This document shows positions 19,710 through 29,562 of a DNA stretch of 64,000 bases, in pieces. The notes under the pieces were generated by a model. It saw only the letters and a program-made list of their open reading frames with translations. It did no database searches and was not told the DNA's origin. The translations under genes and the position numbers were made by a program. Origin of the DNA: Nitrospirota bacterium (lineage in GTDB: Bacteria; Nitrospirota; UBA9217); contig OY760142.1 in NCBI GenBank assembly GCA_963663225.1, positions 1,536,001 through 1,600,000 of the forward strand, in the 5' to 3' direction. The first letter of the stretch is position 1. Each line of letters starts with the position of its first letter.

Positions 19710-20696
19710 ATGAAAAGTCTGGTAAGCGTGCTTTGCATTGTAGTGCTCACAGTTGTTTTTACCGTACCTTCATTTGCAGCGGACAAGGACCAATATCCTT
19801 CTAAGGTAATAACAATCATTGTGCCATTCTCCGCTGGGGGACCGTCAGACACGGTAGCCCGTCTGCTCGCTCAGGCCATGGGACCGGTCCTCAAGACGCA
19901 GATTATTGTTGAAAATGTCGGTGGTGCGGGTGGAACCATTGGAGCCGCCAGGGTTGCCCAGGCTTCGCCCGATGGATATACGCTCTTTGTGCATCATATC
20001 GGTCATTCCACGGCCCCGGCACTTTATCGCAAACTGCCTTACGACCCTATCAGGGATTTTGAACCGATCGGACTGGTCAATGATGGAGCAATGGCTCTGG
20101 TGGCCAGAAAAAATTTTCCTGCAGACAACCTCAAGGAACTGATCACCTATGTAAAAGCCAACAAGGACAAAGTCAATCTGGCCAATGCGGGCGTAGGCTC
20201 CGCTTCGCATTTGTGCGGGATACTTTTTATGTCCGCCATCCAGACGGACTTCATGACTATTCCGTATAAGGGAACGGGACCGGCCATGAACGACCTTCTC
20301 GGCGGCCAGGTGGATTTCATGTGCGACCAGACGACGAATGCCACGAGCCATATCAAAGCCGGAAAAGTCAGGGTGTATGGCGTGACCACGAAAAAACGAA
20401 TCGATTCCATGCCGAATGTTCCTACGATGAGTGAGGCGGGCCTTCCGAATTTTACGATAACCGTCTGGCATGCCCTGTATGCACCGAAAGGCACGCCAAA
20501 ACCGATTATTGCGAAGCTCTCAAAGGCTTTGCAGGAGGCACTGAAGAACCCCGTCTTAAAACAACGGTACGCCGATCTGGGCTCCGAACCTGTTGCGCAG
20601 AACCGCGCGACTCCCGAGGCCCTCAGAGCTCATCTCAAGGCTGAAATCAATAAATGGGGACCGATCATAAAAAAAGCAGGTGTGTTCGCAGATTGA
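19710..20696 (+). CDS. tctC: tripartite tricarboxylate transporter substrate-binding protein (TctC/Bug)
   Basis: Signal peptide; IVPFSAGGPSD, ENVGGAGG, PDGYT, PYKG. Confidence 0.9.
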   Translation: MKSLVSVLCIVVLTVVFTVPSFAADKDQYPSKVITIIVPFSAGGPSDTVARLLAQAMGPVLKTQIIVENVGGAGGTIGAARVAQASPDGYTLFVHHIGHSTAPALYRKLPYDPIRDFEPIGLVNDGAMALVARKNFPADNLKELITYVKANKDKVNLANAGVGSASHLCGILFMSAIQTDFMTIPYKGTGPAMNDLLGGQVDFMCDQTTNATSHIKAGKVRVYGVTTKKRIDSMPNVPTMSEAGLPNFTITVWHALYAPKGTPKPIIAKLSKALQEALKNPVLKQRYADLGSEPVAQNRATPEALRAHLKAEINKWGPIIKKAGVFAD

Positions 20697-20711
20697 TCTG
20701 GGGAGGGTGGT

Positions 20712-21173
20712 TTGAGACATATAGTGCGCAACACAAAAGATTTCTGGATCGGCCTCATCTATATCGCTATCGGATCTGCTGCCCTCATAATCAGCAGAGA
20801 CTATGGCATGGGTACGGCGGTGAGGATGGGGCCGGCCTATTTCCCCATCATACTCAGCGTTCTTTTGGTTACGATCGGGATAATTTCACTTATTCGTTCA
20901 TTTCTTAAACCAGGCGGTCCTGTCGGCGACTTTGCATGGAAAGGCTTTTTCTTCGTCATCGCGTCGACCATCCTGTTCGGTTTTATCGTTCGGGGAGCAG
21001 GATTGCTTATTGCGTTGCCTCTCCTGATAATCATCAGCTCCTGCGCAAGCACCCGTTTTCGCTGGCAGTACTCGCTGGCGTTGGCAGCCGGTGTGACCGT
21101 ATTTTGCATTTTGGTATTTCAAAAAGGGCTGGGAGTTCCGATTCCCATTGTGGGGCCATGGTTCGGACAATAG
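20712..21173 (+). CDS. tctB: tripartite tricarboxylate transporter TctB
   Basis: MGPAYFP motif, 4 TM helices, located between tctC and tctA. Confidence 0.88.
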   Translation: MRHIVRNTKDFWIGLIYIAIGSAALIISRDYGMGTAVRMGPAYFPIILSVLLVTIGIISLIRSFLKPGGPVGDFAWKGFFFVIASTILFGFIVRGAGLLIALPLLIIISSCASTRFRWQYSLALAAGVTVFCILVFQKGLGVPIPIVGPWFGQ

Positions 21174-21304
21174 CATTGGGAGGAGGACGCTCCGGCCAGC
21201 ATCGGGATTTTAACTTAAAGCATGGACAGCTGGATTTTTTGAAAAATTAAAAACTGGACGCTCGTGAAAATTCTAAGCGGAAGTGCTGAACGTAGCGAGG
21301 GACT

Positions 21305-22804
21305 ATGGATCTGATTGCCAATATTGGTTTGGGTCTGTCGACCGCATTAACGCCGACCAATCTGCTGTATTGTCTTATAGGTGTTTTTCTCGGAACCCTG
21401 ATTGGGGTGCTGCCAGGACTTGGGCCGACCGCAACGATTGCGATGCTGCTGCCTGTCACCTTTACGTTGCCGCCGGTTTCCGCACTCATCATGCTTGCTG
21501 GCATCTATTACGGCTCCCAATACGGTGGGTCTACAACATCCATTCTGGTCAATGTTCCGGGAGAGGCCGCTTCCGTAGTCACAGCGCTCGACGGATATCA
21601 GATGGCGCGCAAGGGACGTGCCGGAGTTGCCTTGGCTACCGCAGCAATCGGTTCCTTCTTTGCCGGCACGGTTTCGACAATCATCCTCGCTCTGTTTGCC
21701 CCGCCTCTGGCTGCTATTGCGCTTAAGTTTGGTCCTGCGGAATTTTTCTCTCTCATGGTTCTGGGACTCCTCGCTTCGATGGTCCTTGCGAGGGGATCGC
21801 TGCTGCATGCTACCGGAATGGTTGTTCTGGGACTGCTTCTGGGGCTGGTTGGGGCGGATGTCAACACCGGCACCCAGCGGTTTACCTTTGGCATACCGCA
21901 ACTTGCTGATGGCATCGGATTTGTGGTGGTTGCCATGGGCATGTTCGGCCTCGCGGAGATCATCCGCAACCTGGAGCATGAGGAGCAGCGATCAACAATC
22001 GTGAACAAAATTTCGAGTCTGATGCCGACCAGAGAGGACTGGAAACGCATCGTAGGTCCGATTCTGCGCGGAACCGGGATCGGGTCAGCGCTCGGCATAC
22101 TTCCCGGTAGCGGTTCCATTCTGGGGTCGTTTGCAGCGTATGCCATAGAAAAAAAAGTTTCGAAGCACGGCAAGGAATTCGGAACAGGGGCGATTGAGGG
22201 TGTTGCTGCACCGGAGTCGGCGAACAATGCCGGGGCCCAGACTTCCTTCATCCCGATGCTTACCCTGGGCATTCCTTCGAATCCTGTGATGGCGCTCATG
22301 ATTGGAGCGATGATCATTCAGGGGATTCAGCCCGGTCCTTCCGTGATCAACGAACAGCCGGTATTGTTTTGGGGCATCATCGTTTCCATGTGGATCGGCA
22401 ACCTCTTTCTTGTCATTCTTAACCTGCCTATGATCGGCATGTGGGTGCGCATTGTAAGCGTGCCCTATCAACTCCTTTTTCCGGCGATCCTGGTGTTCTG
22501 CGGCATCGGCGTATTCAGTTTGAATAATACCGAATTCGATATTTACCTCATGGCGTTGTTCGGCCTGCTCGGCTATATCTTCGTCAAATTGGACTGCGAG
22601 CCTGCTCCCATGCTGCTGGCGTTCATTCTTGGTCCGTTGATGGAGGAGTATATGCGCCGGGCGTTGCTGCTCTCGCGCGGCGATCCGATGATATTCCTTA
22701 CGCGTCCGATCAGCGCTACGCTGCTCGCGCTCGGCGCGCTCGCAATCGTTGCGGCCAGCCTCCCGATTTTTTATAAAAAACGCGAAGAAACATTTCGTGA
22801 ATAG
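21305..22804 (+). CDS. tctA: tripartite tricarboxylate transporter TctA
   Basis: GVLPGLGP, YYGSQYGGS, APESANNA, LTLGIP. Confidence 0.93.
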   Translation: MDLIANIGLGLSTALTPTNLLYCLIGVFLGTLIGVLPGLGPTATIAMLLPVTFTLPPVSALIMLAGIYYGSQYGGSTTSILVNVPGEAASVVTALDGYQMARKGRAGVALATAAIGSFFAGTVSTIILALFAPPLAAIALKFGPAEFFSLMVLGLLASMVLARGSLLHATGMVVLGLLLGLVGADVNTGTQRFTFGIPQLADGIGFVVVAMGMFGLAEIIRNLEHEEQRSTIVNKISSLMPTREDWKRIVGPILRGTGIGSALGILPGSGSILGSFAAYAIEKKVSKHGKEFGTGAIEGVAAPESANNAGAQTSFIPMLTLGIPSNPVMALMIGAMIIQGIQPGPSVINEQPVLFWGIIVSMWIGNLFLVILNLPMIGMWVRIVSVPYQLLFPAILVFCGIGVFSLNNTEFDIYLMALFGLLGYIFVKLDCEPAPMLLAFILGPLMEEYMRRALLLSRGDPMIFLTRPISATLLALGALAIVAASLPIFYKKREETFRE

Positions 22805-23029
22805 TAAACAATTTCTTTAAGTCCTCCCAGATGATCGTATTGTCTCATAAGTCTTCCGGTTTCATTTTTTTCAGAAAAAAACTCTTAAAATCCATCTAAC
22901 GCTTTGGCACTATTTTTGATCATTCTTTGTCTTTAGATCCTCCTCCCTGAGAATATTTACGATATAATAATAACCATAAACAACATCAGACAGACGAAAC
23001 TTCTGTTATGTTTCCCGAAAGGAAATGCC

Positions 23030-23464
23030 ATGAAAATACTGACAACGCCCAGAATGGAACGGTGCATCGGGTGCCATTCCTGCTCCCTGGCCTGTGCACG
23101 GCTGGTACACAAACGGCTGTCCTGGGACACTGCCGGTATTCGCATATCCTCATCCGGAGGACTCTCAACGGGATTTGAGGCCCGGACGTGCGTTGCCTGT
23201 GACCCAGCGCCGTGCGCCGCAGCCTGCCCTACAGGTGCATACTCGCAACGGAAAGACGGTGGCGTCATCGTGCGGAAAAATCTCTGCATACGATGCGGTG
23301 CATGCGAACGGGCCTGCCCCGTGGACGCGATTTACCGTGATTTCACCGGCGAGCCTTTTGTGTGCATCCACTGCGGCCGCTGCGTTCCGTTCTGTCCGCA
23401 CGACTGCCTTGAGTTGGGGGAAGCCGGAACCAGAACAGCGGCGGAGAAGGGGGCGGCGTCATGA
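23030..23464 (+). CDS. 4Fe-4S dicluster ferredoxin-like subunit
   Basis: Four Cys-cluster motifs (CIGCHSC, CVAC-PC, CIRCGAC, CIHCGRC); ATGA overlap with the AOR gene. Confidence 0.9.
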   Translation: MKILTTPRMERCIGCHSCSLACARLVHKRLSWDTAGIRISSSGGLSTGFEARTCVACDPAPCAAACPTGAYSQRKDGGVIVRKNLCIRCGACERACPVDAIYRDFTGEPFVCIHCGRCVPFCPHDCLELGEAGTRTAAEKGAAS

Positions 23465-25200
23465 TCAGAAATCAATTCAGGGTGCTTGTTGTTGATCTGG
23501 CCACCGGGAAGGGCAACATCATCATGGTTGACGGAAGAGACAGCGTGGCCGGCGGCAGCGGACTTGCGGCGCTTTTGTTCGGCAAGTATGGCTATCCGGA
23601 TCGTCCGTGGAGCGACGCGGAACAGCCGCTTATTTTTGCTATCGGTCCGCTTACCGGCTACTTTCCGCTCATGAGCAAGACCGTATGTGCGTTCAAGTCG
23701 CCATATCACGACCAGTATGCCGAAAGCCACGGCGGCGGCCGTTCCGCACTTTCACTCCGTTTTGCCGATCTGGACGCGCTCGTGATTACGGGCAAGGCCG
23801 CGCGACCGTCCGCCTTGTCGGTGGGATCACGGCACTTGGAAGTAAAAGAAGTCCACTATCTCTGGGGCAAGGATCTTTTTTATACCGGGAAAATGCTGCG
23901 CAAAATGTTCACCGGTACAGGACATCGGAGCATTCTGCGCATCGGACCCGCGGGTGAGACCGGCTCTGCCATGGCAGGCATCAATGTGGATTCCTACCGC
24001 CATTTCGGCAGGCTCGGCGGCGGCGCGGTCATGGGCAACAAGAACCTGAAAGCTATTGTGATACAGGGTGACGGAAGTTTTCCTCTCATGGACTCCACGG
24101 AGTATCCGAAGCTGTTCCAAGAAGTCCATACCAAACTGACGGATACGGACATGATGAGCAAATACCACAATCTCGGTACGCCGGTGAATGTTGCGGTGCT
24201 GAATCAGATCAAGGCGCTCCCTATCCGCAACCTTCAGCAGACTTTCGATCCGGACATCGGCGGTATTACCGGAGAAAAGTTTGCAGAGGCGGCGCTGCTC
24301 AGAAATGCCGCGTGTTCCGGCTGCCCTGTGGGGTGCATTCATATTGGTTTTGTCCGGGAACGATTCCAGGAAGAGAACCAGTATCTCTACCGTCAGGTTC
24401 CGTATGACCATGAACCGATTTTTGCCGTGGGAGCCATGCTTTCGGTTAAAAACTGCTTTGCAGTGCTCGGGCTTCTTGACGTGGTGGAGAAGATGGGGCT
24501 CGATGTAATGTCTGCCGGCGTAGCGCTTGCGTGGGCGACGGAAGCCATGGAAAAAGCCCTCATCACCACGCGGGAGACCATCGTTCCTCTTGCATTCGGC
24601 AACACGGAAGGATACAAAAAAGCAGTGGAGCATCTCGCGTACGGTTCGAATGAGTTTTATCGGATTCTCGCGCAGGGAACTCTGAAGGCGGCAGAACACT
24701 ATGGCGGAAAAGATTTTGCCTGTGTCCTTGGGCAAGAAATGGGCGGATACGCAACCGGCGAGGTTTTCTTTACATCTCAGGCGCTCGGGTTCCGGCACTC
24801 CCATCTCGACACGGCTGGATATACATACGATCAGAAGCAGACGGACAAAGATGTTCCGAAAGCTGTGGACTTTTTGATCAAAGACGAGCAGGGCCGAGTG
24901 TTTCTTACGTCCATGGTTTCCTGTCTTTTTGCCCGCAATGTATATTCAGATGATTTGCTCGCAGCCTGCTTAAAATCAGTAGGCTACAGCACGCTTGCTG
25001 ACAACATCGGTGCGGTCTCACGAAGCATACAGGCGCTCCGCTGGAAGACTCGTTTAGCGACCGGGTTCAAACCGGAAACAGTGACTATACCAAAACGTTT
25101 TTCAGAACTGACTACCTGGAAAGGGTCGATTGATACTGCGTACATGCAGGGACTCATGAATGCCTATAGCCAGCGTATTCTTGCGTTGGGCAGGGAGTAA
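23461..25200 (+). CDS. aldehyde:ferredoxin oxidoreductase family (W/Mo-pterin) protein
   Basis: AIGPLTG, KSP, IGPAGE, GRLGGGAVMGNKNLKA, CSGCPVGC, GLDVMSAG. Confidence 0.9.
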   Translation: MIRNQFRVLVVDLATGKGNIIMVDGRDSVAGGSGLAALLFGKYGYPDRPWSDAEQPLIFAIGPLTGYFPLMSKTVCAFKSPYHDQYAESHGGGRSALSLRFADLDALVITGKAARPSALSVGSRHLEVKEVHYLWGKDLFYTGKMLRKMFTGTGHRSILRIGPAGETGSAMAGINVDSYRHFGRLGGGAVMGNKNLKAIVIQGDGSFPLMDSTEYPKLFQEVHTKLTDTDMMSKYHNLGTPVNVAVLNQIKALPIRNLQQTFDPDIGGITGEKFAEAALLRNAACSGCPVGCIHIGFVRERFQEENQYLYRQVPYDHEPIFAVGAMLSVKNCFAVLGLLDVVEKMGLDVMSAGVALAWATEAMEKALITTRETIVPLAFGNTEGYKKAVEHLAYGSNEFYRILAQGTLKAAEHYGGKDFACVLGQEMGGYATGEVFFTSQALGFRHSHLDTAGYTYDQKQTDKDVPKAVDFLIKDEQGRVFLTSMVSCLFARNVYSDDLLAACLKSVGYSTLADNIGAVSRSIQALRWKTRLATGFKPETVTIPKRFSELTTWKGSIDTAYMQGLMNAYSQRILALGRE

Positions 25201-25337
25201 AAATAAAGTTGTGCCGGTGATGTGCCACTATGTCGTGTGGCTATCCCTGCCTTGACTTGCAGCCTATATGACTGCCTAAAGAAATCGTTGTTTGCCTAAT
25301 AACTCAATTGATGCTTTGTATCACAAGCCTCTTGCTG

Positions 25338-25721
25338 TTATTGAGCATACTGTGCGATGCCGTTGCCGAATGACCAGTTCTCTTTCTTGACTTCAACAAG
25401 GTTGATCAGGACATCTTCCATCCGTACGCCCAGTTCAGCGTGCAATCGCTCGGCAATGATTTTATACAGAGCCTTTTTTGCCTCTGTAGTGCGTCCTTCA
25501 TTCAATGTTATTTGTACTACTATGATTCCGTCAGTGCGCCGAATATCAAGATAGCCAGGATCATAGATCAGGCTGTCTGCATCGTGTTCCGTAATGATCT
25601 GAAAATGGTCGTTTCGGGGAACGTTGATTGTTTCGAGCATGGCATTGTAGACGATTTCTCCGGCCTTCCTGCCGAATGAATGCGGTTTTCCCTTCCTGAG
25701 CGAAATGTGAACGAGCGGCAT
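25338..25721 (-). CDS. tautomerase superfamily protein (MSAD-like, catalytic Pro1)
   Basis: M-PLVHISL start, GRTTEAK, ENWSFGNG; GGAGG SD. Confidence 0.88.
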   Translation of the reverse strand: MPLVHISLRKGKPHSFGRKAGEIVYNAMLETINVPRNDHFQIITEHDADSLIYDPGYLDIRRTDGIIVVQITLNEGRTTEAKKALYKIIAERLHAELGVRMEDVLINLVEVKKENWSFGNGIAQYAQ

Positions 25722-25977
25722 TTTCAACCTCCTGTCTGAAATAATATATTGTCAAATAGAGATTATCTGAGCATATTTTTTCTGTACATGCACAAGTGCT
25801 TGCGATTTTTTCATTGTTAACACTATAGCACAAAATGAACGGTTCGACGTCGCTCGGGCACTATTTTGAACTTGCGTTTTGGAAATAAATAGACTATTTT
25901 TTTATCAAAGCATGCGCAGGCTCAAAATTTCCGAACACTGGTCGGGTTGAATTCTATTCAGGGATAGAGGGATTCGT

Positions 25978-27348
25978 ATGAAATCAAAGATTAAAACCGT
26001 TTATGTGTGCCAGTCCTGCGGAACCCAGTCGCCGCGATGGATGGGAAAGTGCCCGGATTGCGGCCAGTGGAACACCATGGTAGAGGAGCGTTTTGAGAAA
26101 CCTAAGGACGTTGGTGCTGCAAAGCAAGGAAATGGTTCGGAACCGCTTCTTCTGGGTGATATTCAGGCTCGCGACGAAGACCGGTTTGTTACGAGAATCG
26201 GTGAGCTTGACCGGGTGCTGGGCGGTGGAATAGTTTCCGGTTCGGTGGTGCTGGTCGGCGGCGATCCCGGAATAGGGAAATCCACGCTTGTGCTCCAGAT
26301 GCTGAGACAGGTATCCGAGCTTCGGGGCAAGGCGCTTTATGTTTCCGGCGAAGAATCGCCCGCACAGATCAAAATGCGCGCACTGCGGCTCGGTGTGAAA
26401 ACGGACAATCTCTATATACTTGCGGAAACACAGCTTGAAGACATTCTGCATGCCGCGGACGGACTGCAGCCGCAGGTGCTTGTTGTCGATTCCGTGCAGA
26501 CGGTTTATACATCCGAGCTTCCCTCGGCGCCGGGCAGTGTGGGACAGGTGCGCGAAGTATCAGGCCGGCTTATGCTGTATGCAAAACGCACGGGCGTCCC
26601 GACCTTTCTGATCGGACATGTGACCAAAGACGGCGCCATTGCCGGACCACGCGTGCTGGAGCACATCGTCGACACGGTCTTGTATTTTGAGGGAGACAAG
26701 GGACATTCCTTCCGCATTCTGCGCGCGGTGAAAAACCGTTTTGGCTCCACGAACGAGATCGGTGTTTTTGAAATGAAGGAAAGCGGACTTGCGGAAGTTG
26801 CAAATCCGTCGGAGATATTTCTCGCCGAACGTCCGGCGGACGCCACCGGCTCGGTGGTGGTTTCCTCGCTGGAAGGGAGCCGCCCCATCCTGGCCGAACT
26901 GCAGGCGCTGGTTGCGCCGTCAAAACTTGCGATGCCGCGCAGGACCTGCATCGGAGTGGATTTCAACCGGGTTTCGCTCCTGCTGGCAGTCCTGGAAAAA
27001 CGCATAGGCATGCATCTTATGGGCATGGACGTGTTCGTAAACGTGGTGGGCGGACTTGCGGTTGACGAGCCCGCGGTTGATCTCGGCATCGTCGCCGCGA
27101 TTGCATCAAGCTTTCGTGAGAAGCCCATTCACGCGCAAACCGTGGTCATGGGGGAAGTTGGCCTGACGGGTGAAATACGCGGAATCAGCCAGGCTGAAGC
27201 AAGAATCAAGGACGCGGCAAAGCTGGGATTTACGCGATGCATTCTGCCGGCGCTGAATGTGGAAAAAATGGAAAAATCCGCTGCGTTAAAAAAAATGGAA
27301 CTTCTCGGGGTTCGCTCCGTGGAAGAAGCCATGGAGCGTCTGTTTTAG
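25978..27348 (+). CDS. radA: DNA repair protein RadA/Sms
   Basis: Zn finger CxxC...CxxC, Walker A GDPGIGKS, KNRFG motif, Lon-like C-terminus. Confidence 0.97.
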   Translation: MKSKIKTVYVCQSCGTQSPRWMGKCPDCGQWNTMVEERFEKPKDVGAAKQGNGSEPLLLGDIQARDEDRFVTRIGELDRVLGGGIVSGSVVLVGGDPGIGKSTLVLQMLRQVSELRGKALYVSGEESPAQIKMRALRLGVKTDNLYILAETQLEDILHAADGLQPQVLVVDSVQTVYTSELPSAPGSVGQVREVSGRLMLYAKRTGVPTFLIGHVTKDGAIAGPRVLEHIVDTVLYFEGDKGHSFRILRAVKNRFGSTNEIGVFEMKESGLAEVANPSEIFLAERPADATGSVVVSSLEGSRPILAELQALVAPSKLAMPRRTCIGVDFNRVSLLLAVLEKRIGMHLMGMDVFVNVVGGLAVDEPAVDLGIVAAIASSFREKPIHAQTVVMGEVGLTGEIRGISQAEARIKDAAKLGFTRCILPALNVEKMEKSAALKKMELLGVRSVEEAMERLF

Positions 27349-27361
27349 CAAAGGCAACCGT

Positions 27362-29278
27362 ATGAGCAAAATCACTTTTTTCATTCCTTACCCGGAAATT
27401 ATTCCCGTCGTGGAAGATGTTTTCCAGGAGCAGGGCACGGACGGCTGGGAGCTGGAAATTGTTTTGTCCAAGTTTGTGCGTGAAATCGCGGACTGGAAAG
27501 ACACGGGCACGGACGTTTTGATCGCCCGCGGCGTGACAGCCGCCGCCCTGAAAAAGATCGTGCGGGGCACGCCTGTGGTGGAGTTGCCGGTAAGCGGCTA
27601 CGAAGTAATGCGGGCCATTTGGGAATGTCAGAAAAAATACGCGCCCCGGAAGATTGCGATCGTCGGTTCCCGCGACATGATCTACGGTGTCAAGAAGATC
27701 GAAGAAATAATCGGAATAGAACTTATGGTGGTGGAAGTGCAGCATGAAGATGAGGCCGAGTCGGTCCTTCAGGCGGTAAAGGACAGCGGTGTTTCGGTAA
27801 TTATCGGCGGAGTCATGTCCACCTGGGTGGCAAAACGGATCGGTCTGCAGGCAGAGTTCATTCAGATAGGACAGGACGCAATATACCGGGCCTTGAGCGA
27901 AGCGAAGAGGGTTGCGCTCGTGCGACGGCAGGAACAGGAGCGGGGAGAGCAGTTTCGCGCGATTCTGGAGTATTCAACCGAAGGTGTTGTCGCCGTCGAT
28001 GCGGACGGCGTCATTAATCTGATCAACGCGGCAGCCGTGAAATTGGCGAATGTGAACGAAGAGGCGGTCGGCCTCCCCGTGGACAATGTTTTTCCGCAAC
28101 TGGGCCTGACGAAAGCTCTGGAGTCCGGGCGCGCGGAATTGGGAGAAATTGAAACAATAAACGGACAGCCGATGGCTGTTAATCGGGTCCCGTTTTCCAT
28201 CGGCGGCCAGGCGGTCGGCGCGGTGGCAACATTTCAGCCGGTGAGCGTGATCCAGGAACTGGAAGGCAAGATCCGGCGAAAGGTCTATCAGCGCGGCCAT
28301 GTGGCGAAACTGACCGCATCCAACATTCTGGGCAAAAGTCCTGCGATACAGCGCGCAATAGCCATTGCAAAAGAGTTCAGTGATATAAACTCAACCGTGC
28401 TTATTATGGGAGAAACAGGCACGGGCAAGGAAATATTTGCCCAAAGCATTCACAATGCAAGCGGCCGCAAAAAAGGCCCGTTTGTTGCTGTCAACTGCGC
28501 GGCCCTGCCGGAAAATCTTCTGGAGAGCGAATTGTTCGGTTACACGGAGGGGGCTTTTACCGGGGCGGCGCGCGGCGGAAAAATCGGCCTGTTTGAATTG
28601 GCCCATATGGGGACGATATTCCTGGATGAAATTTCGGAAATATCGCATAAGCTACAGGGCCGTTTGCTGCGGGTGCTGCAGGAACGGGAAATAATGCGCC
28701 TTGGCGACGACAAGCTGATCCCGATCAATGTGCGTGTTATTGCTGCCACGAACCAGGACTTGTATCGCTTGATGCGGAAAGGTCTTTTTCGCGAAGATCT
28801 TTATTACCGGGTTGATATCCTCCGGCTTGTTCTGCCGCCGCTCAGGGAGCGCCGTGAGGACATTATTCCGCTGCTGCATCATTTTTTGAAAGAATATTGC
28901 CACCACTTCAATAAAAAATTCCGGGATATCAGCCCAGAAGCCCAGCGGCTGTTTCAAGACTATTACTGGCCGGGCAATGTCAGAGAACTGCGGAATGTCG
29001 CGGAGCGCCTGGCGGCGCTCAGCCGGAGCGGCGTGATAGAGCCTGAAGATGTCGAGGGGATGTTCGCACAATCACCCGATCAAGCGCATGCCGCTGTGCC
29101 GGTGTCCGGGGTTGAATCCGCGTTGATGTACACGGCCGGCGGCACGGACCTGAACCGTACGCTGCTCATGAAGGCTCTGGAAGAGTCTCATTATCATTAC
29201 GGAAAAGCCGCGGCTAAACTGGGTATCAGCAGAACCACTCTCTGGCGTCGACTTAAAGAAAACGATTCTCGGAAGTAG
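27362..29278 (+). CDS. sigma54-dependent activator (PrpR-N, PAS, AAA+, Fis HTH)
   Basis: PrpR-like N-terminus (IARGVTA, IIGG), GETGTGKE, ESELFG-GAFTGA, WPGNVREL, LGISRTTLWR. Confidence 0.92.
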   Translation: MSKITFFIPYPEIIPVVEDVFQEQGTDGWELEIVLSKFVREIADWKDTGTDVLIARGVTAAALKKIVRGTPVVELPVSGYEVMRAIWECQKKYAPRKIAIVGSRDMIYGVKKIEEIIGIELMVVEVQHEDEAESVLQAVKDSGVSVIIGGVMSTWVAKRIGLQAEFIQIGQDAIYRALSEAKRVALVRRQEQERGEQFRAILEYSTEGVVAVDADGVINLINAAAVKLANVNEEAVGLPVDNVFPQLGLTKALESGRAELGEIETINGQPMAVNRVPFSIGGQAVGAVATFQPVSVIQELEGKIRRKVYQRGHVAKLTASNILGKSPAIQRAIAIAKEFSDINSTVLIMGETGTGKEIFAQSIHNASGRKKGPFVAVNCAALPENLLESELFGYTEGAFTGAARGGKIGLFELAHMGTIFLDEISEISHKLQGRLLRVLQEREIMRLGDDKLIPINVRVIAATNQDLYRLMRKGLFREDLYYRVDILRLVLPPLRERREDIIPLLHHFLKEYCHHFNKKFRDISPEAQRLFQDYYWPGNVRELRNVAERLAALSRSGVIEPEDVEGMFAQSPDQAHAAVPVSGVESALMYTAGGTDLNRTLLMKALEESHYHYGKAAAKLGISRTTLWRRLKENDSRK

Positions 29279-29383
29279 TTTAAACCAAATCCCTATAATC
29301 TTTCCTGGACTTACCTCTCTTCCTTTTTCAGGGTACCTGCCGCCTATGGATTGTCTTTAGTAAAGATATATTTGCTGAATACT

Positions 29384-29420
29384 TTTCATGAGTAATGAAA
29401 CATTTGAAACATATGAAACG
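29384..29420. promoter_or_regulatory. putative enhancer (UAS) for the PrpR-like activator
   Basis: TTTCAT-N5-ATGAAA inverted repeat plus TGAAAC[A/G] three times at 9-bp spacing (29396, 29405, 29414). Confidence 0.55.
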
Positions 29421-29503
29421 TAATCATTTTGCTGTTTCTGTAAAAAGTACGTATGGCCAGATATTTTTGTAATATATTCAAATAGTTATGTATGTATCTG
29501 GAT

Positions 29504-29519
29504 TGGTATTGTTTTTGCT
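29504..29519 (+). promoter_or_regulatory. sigma54 (-24/-12) promoter
   Basis: TGGTATTGTTTTTGCT, i.e. GG-N10-GC, about 45 nt upstream of GTG 29563 and downstream of a bEBP gene. Confidence 0.65.
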
Positions 29520-29562
29520 CATACAGGAATGGCATCAAGCTATTGCAGAAAGGAGAAAAGCA

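Noticed and set aside
25855-25870. GGGCACTATTTTGAA sigma54-like motif upstream of radA
   Set aside because: Poor -12 match and spacing; insufficient support.
29530-29547. TGGCATCAAGCTATTGCA as a sigma54 promoter
   Set aside because: The GG-to-GC spacing is 12, not 10; the site at 29504-29519 fits.
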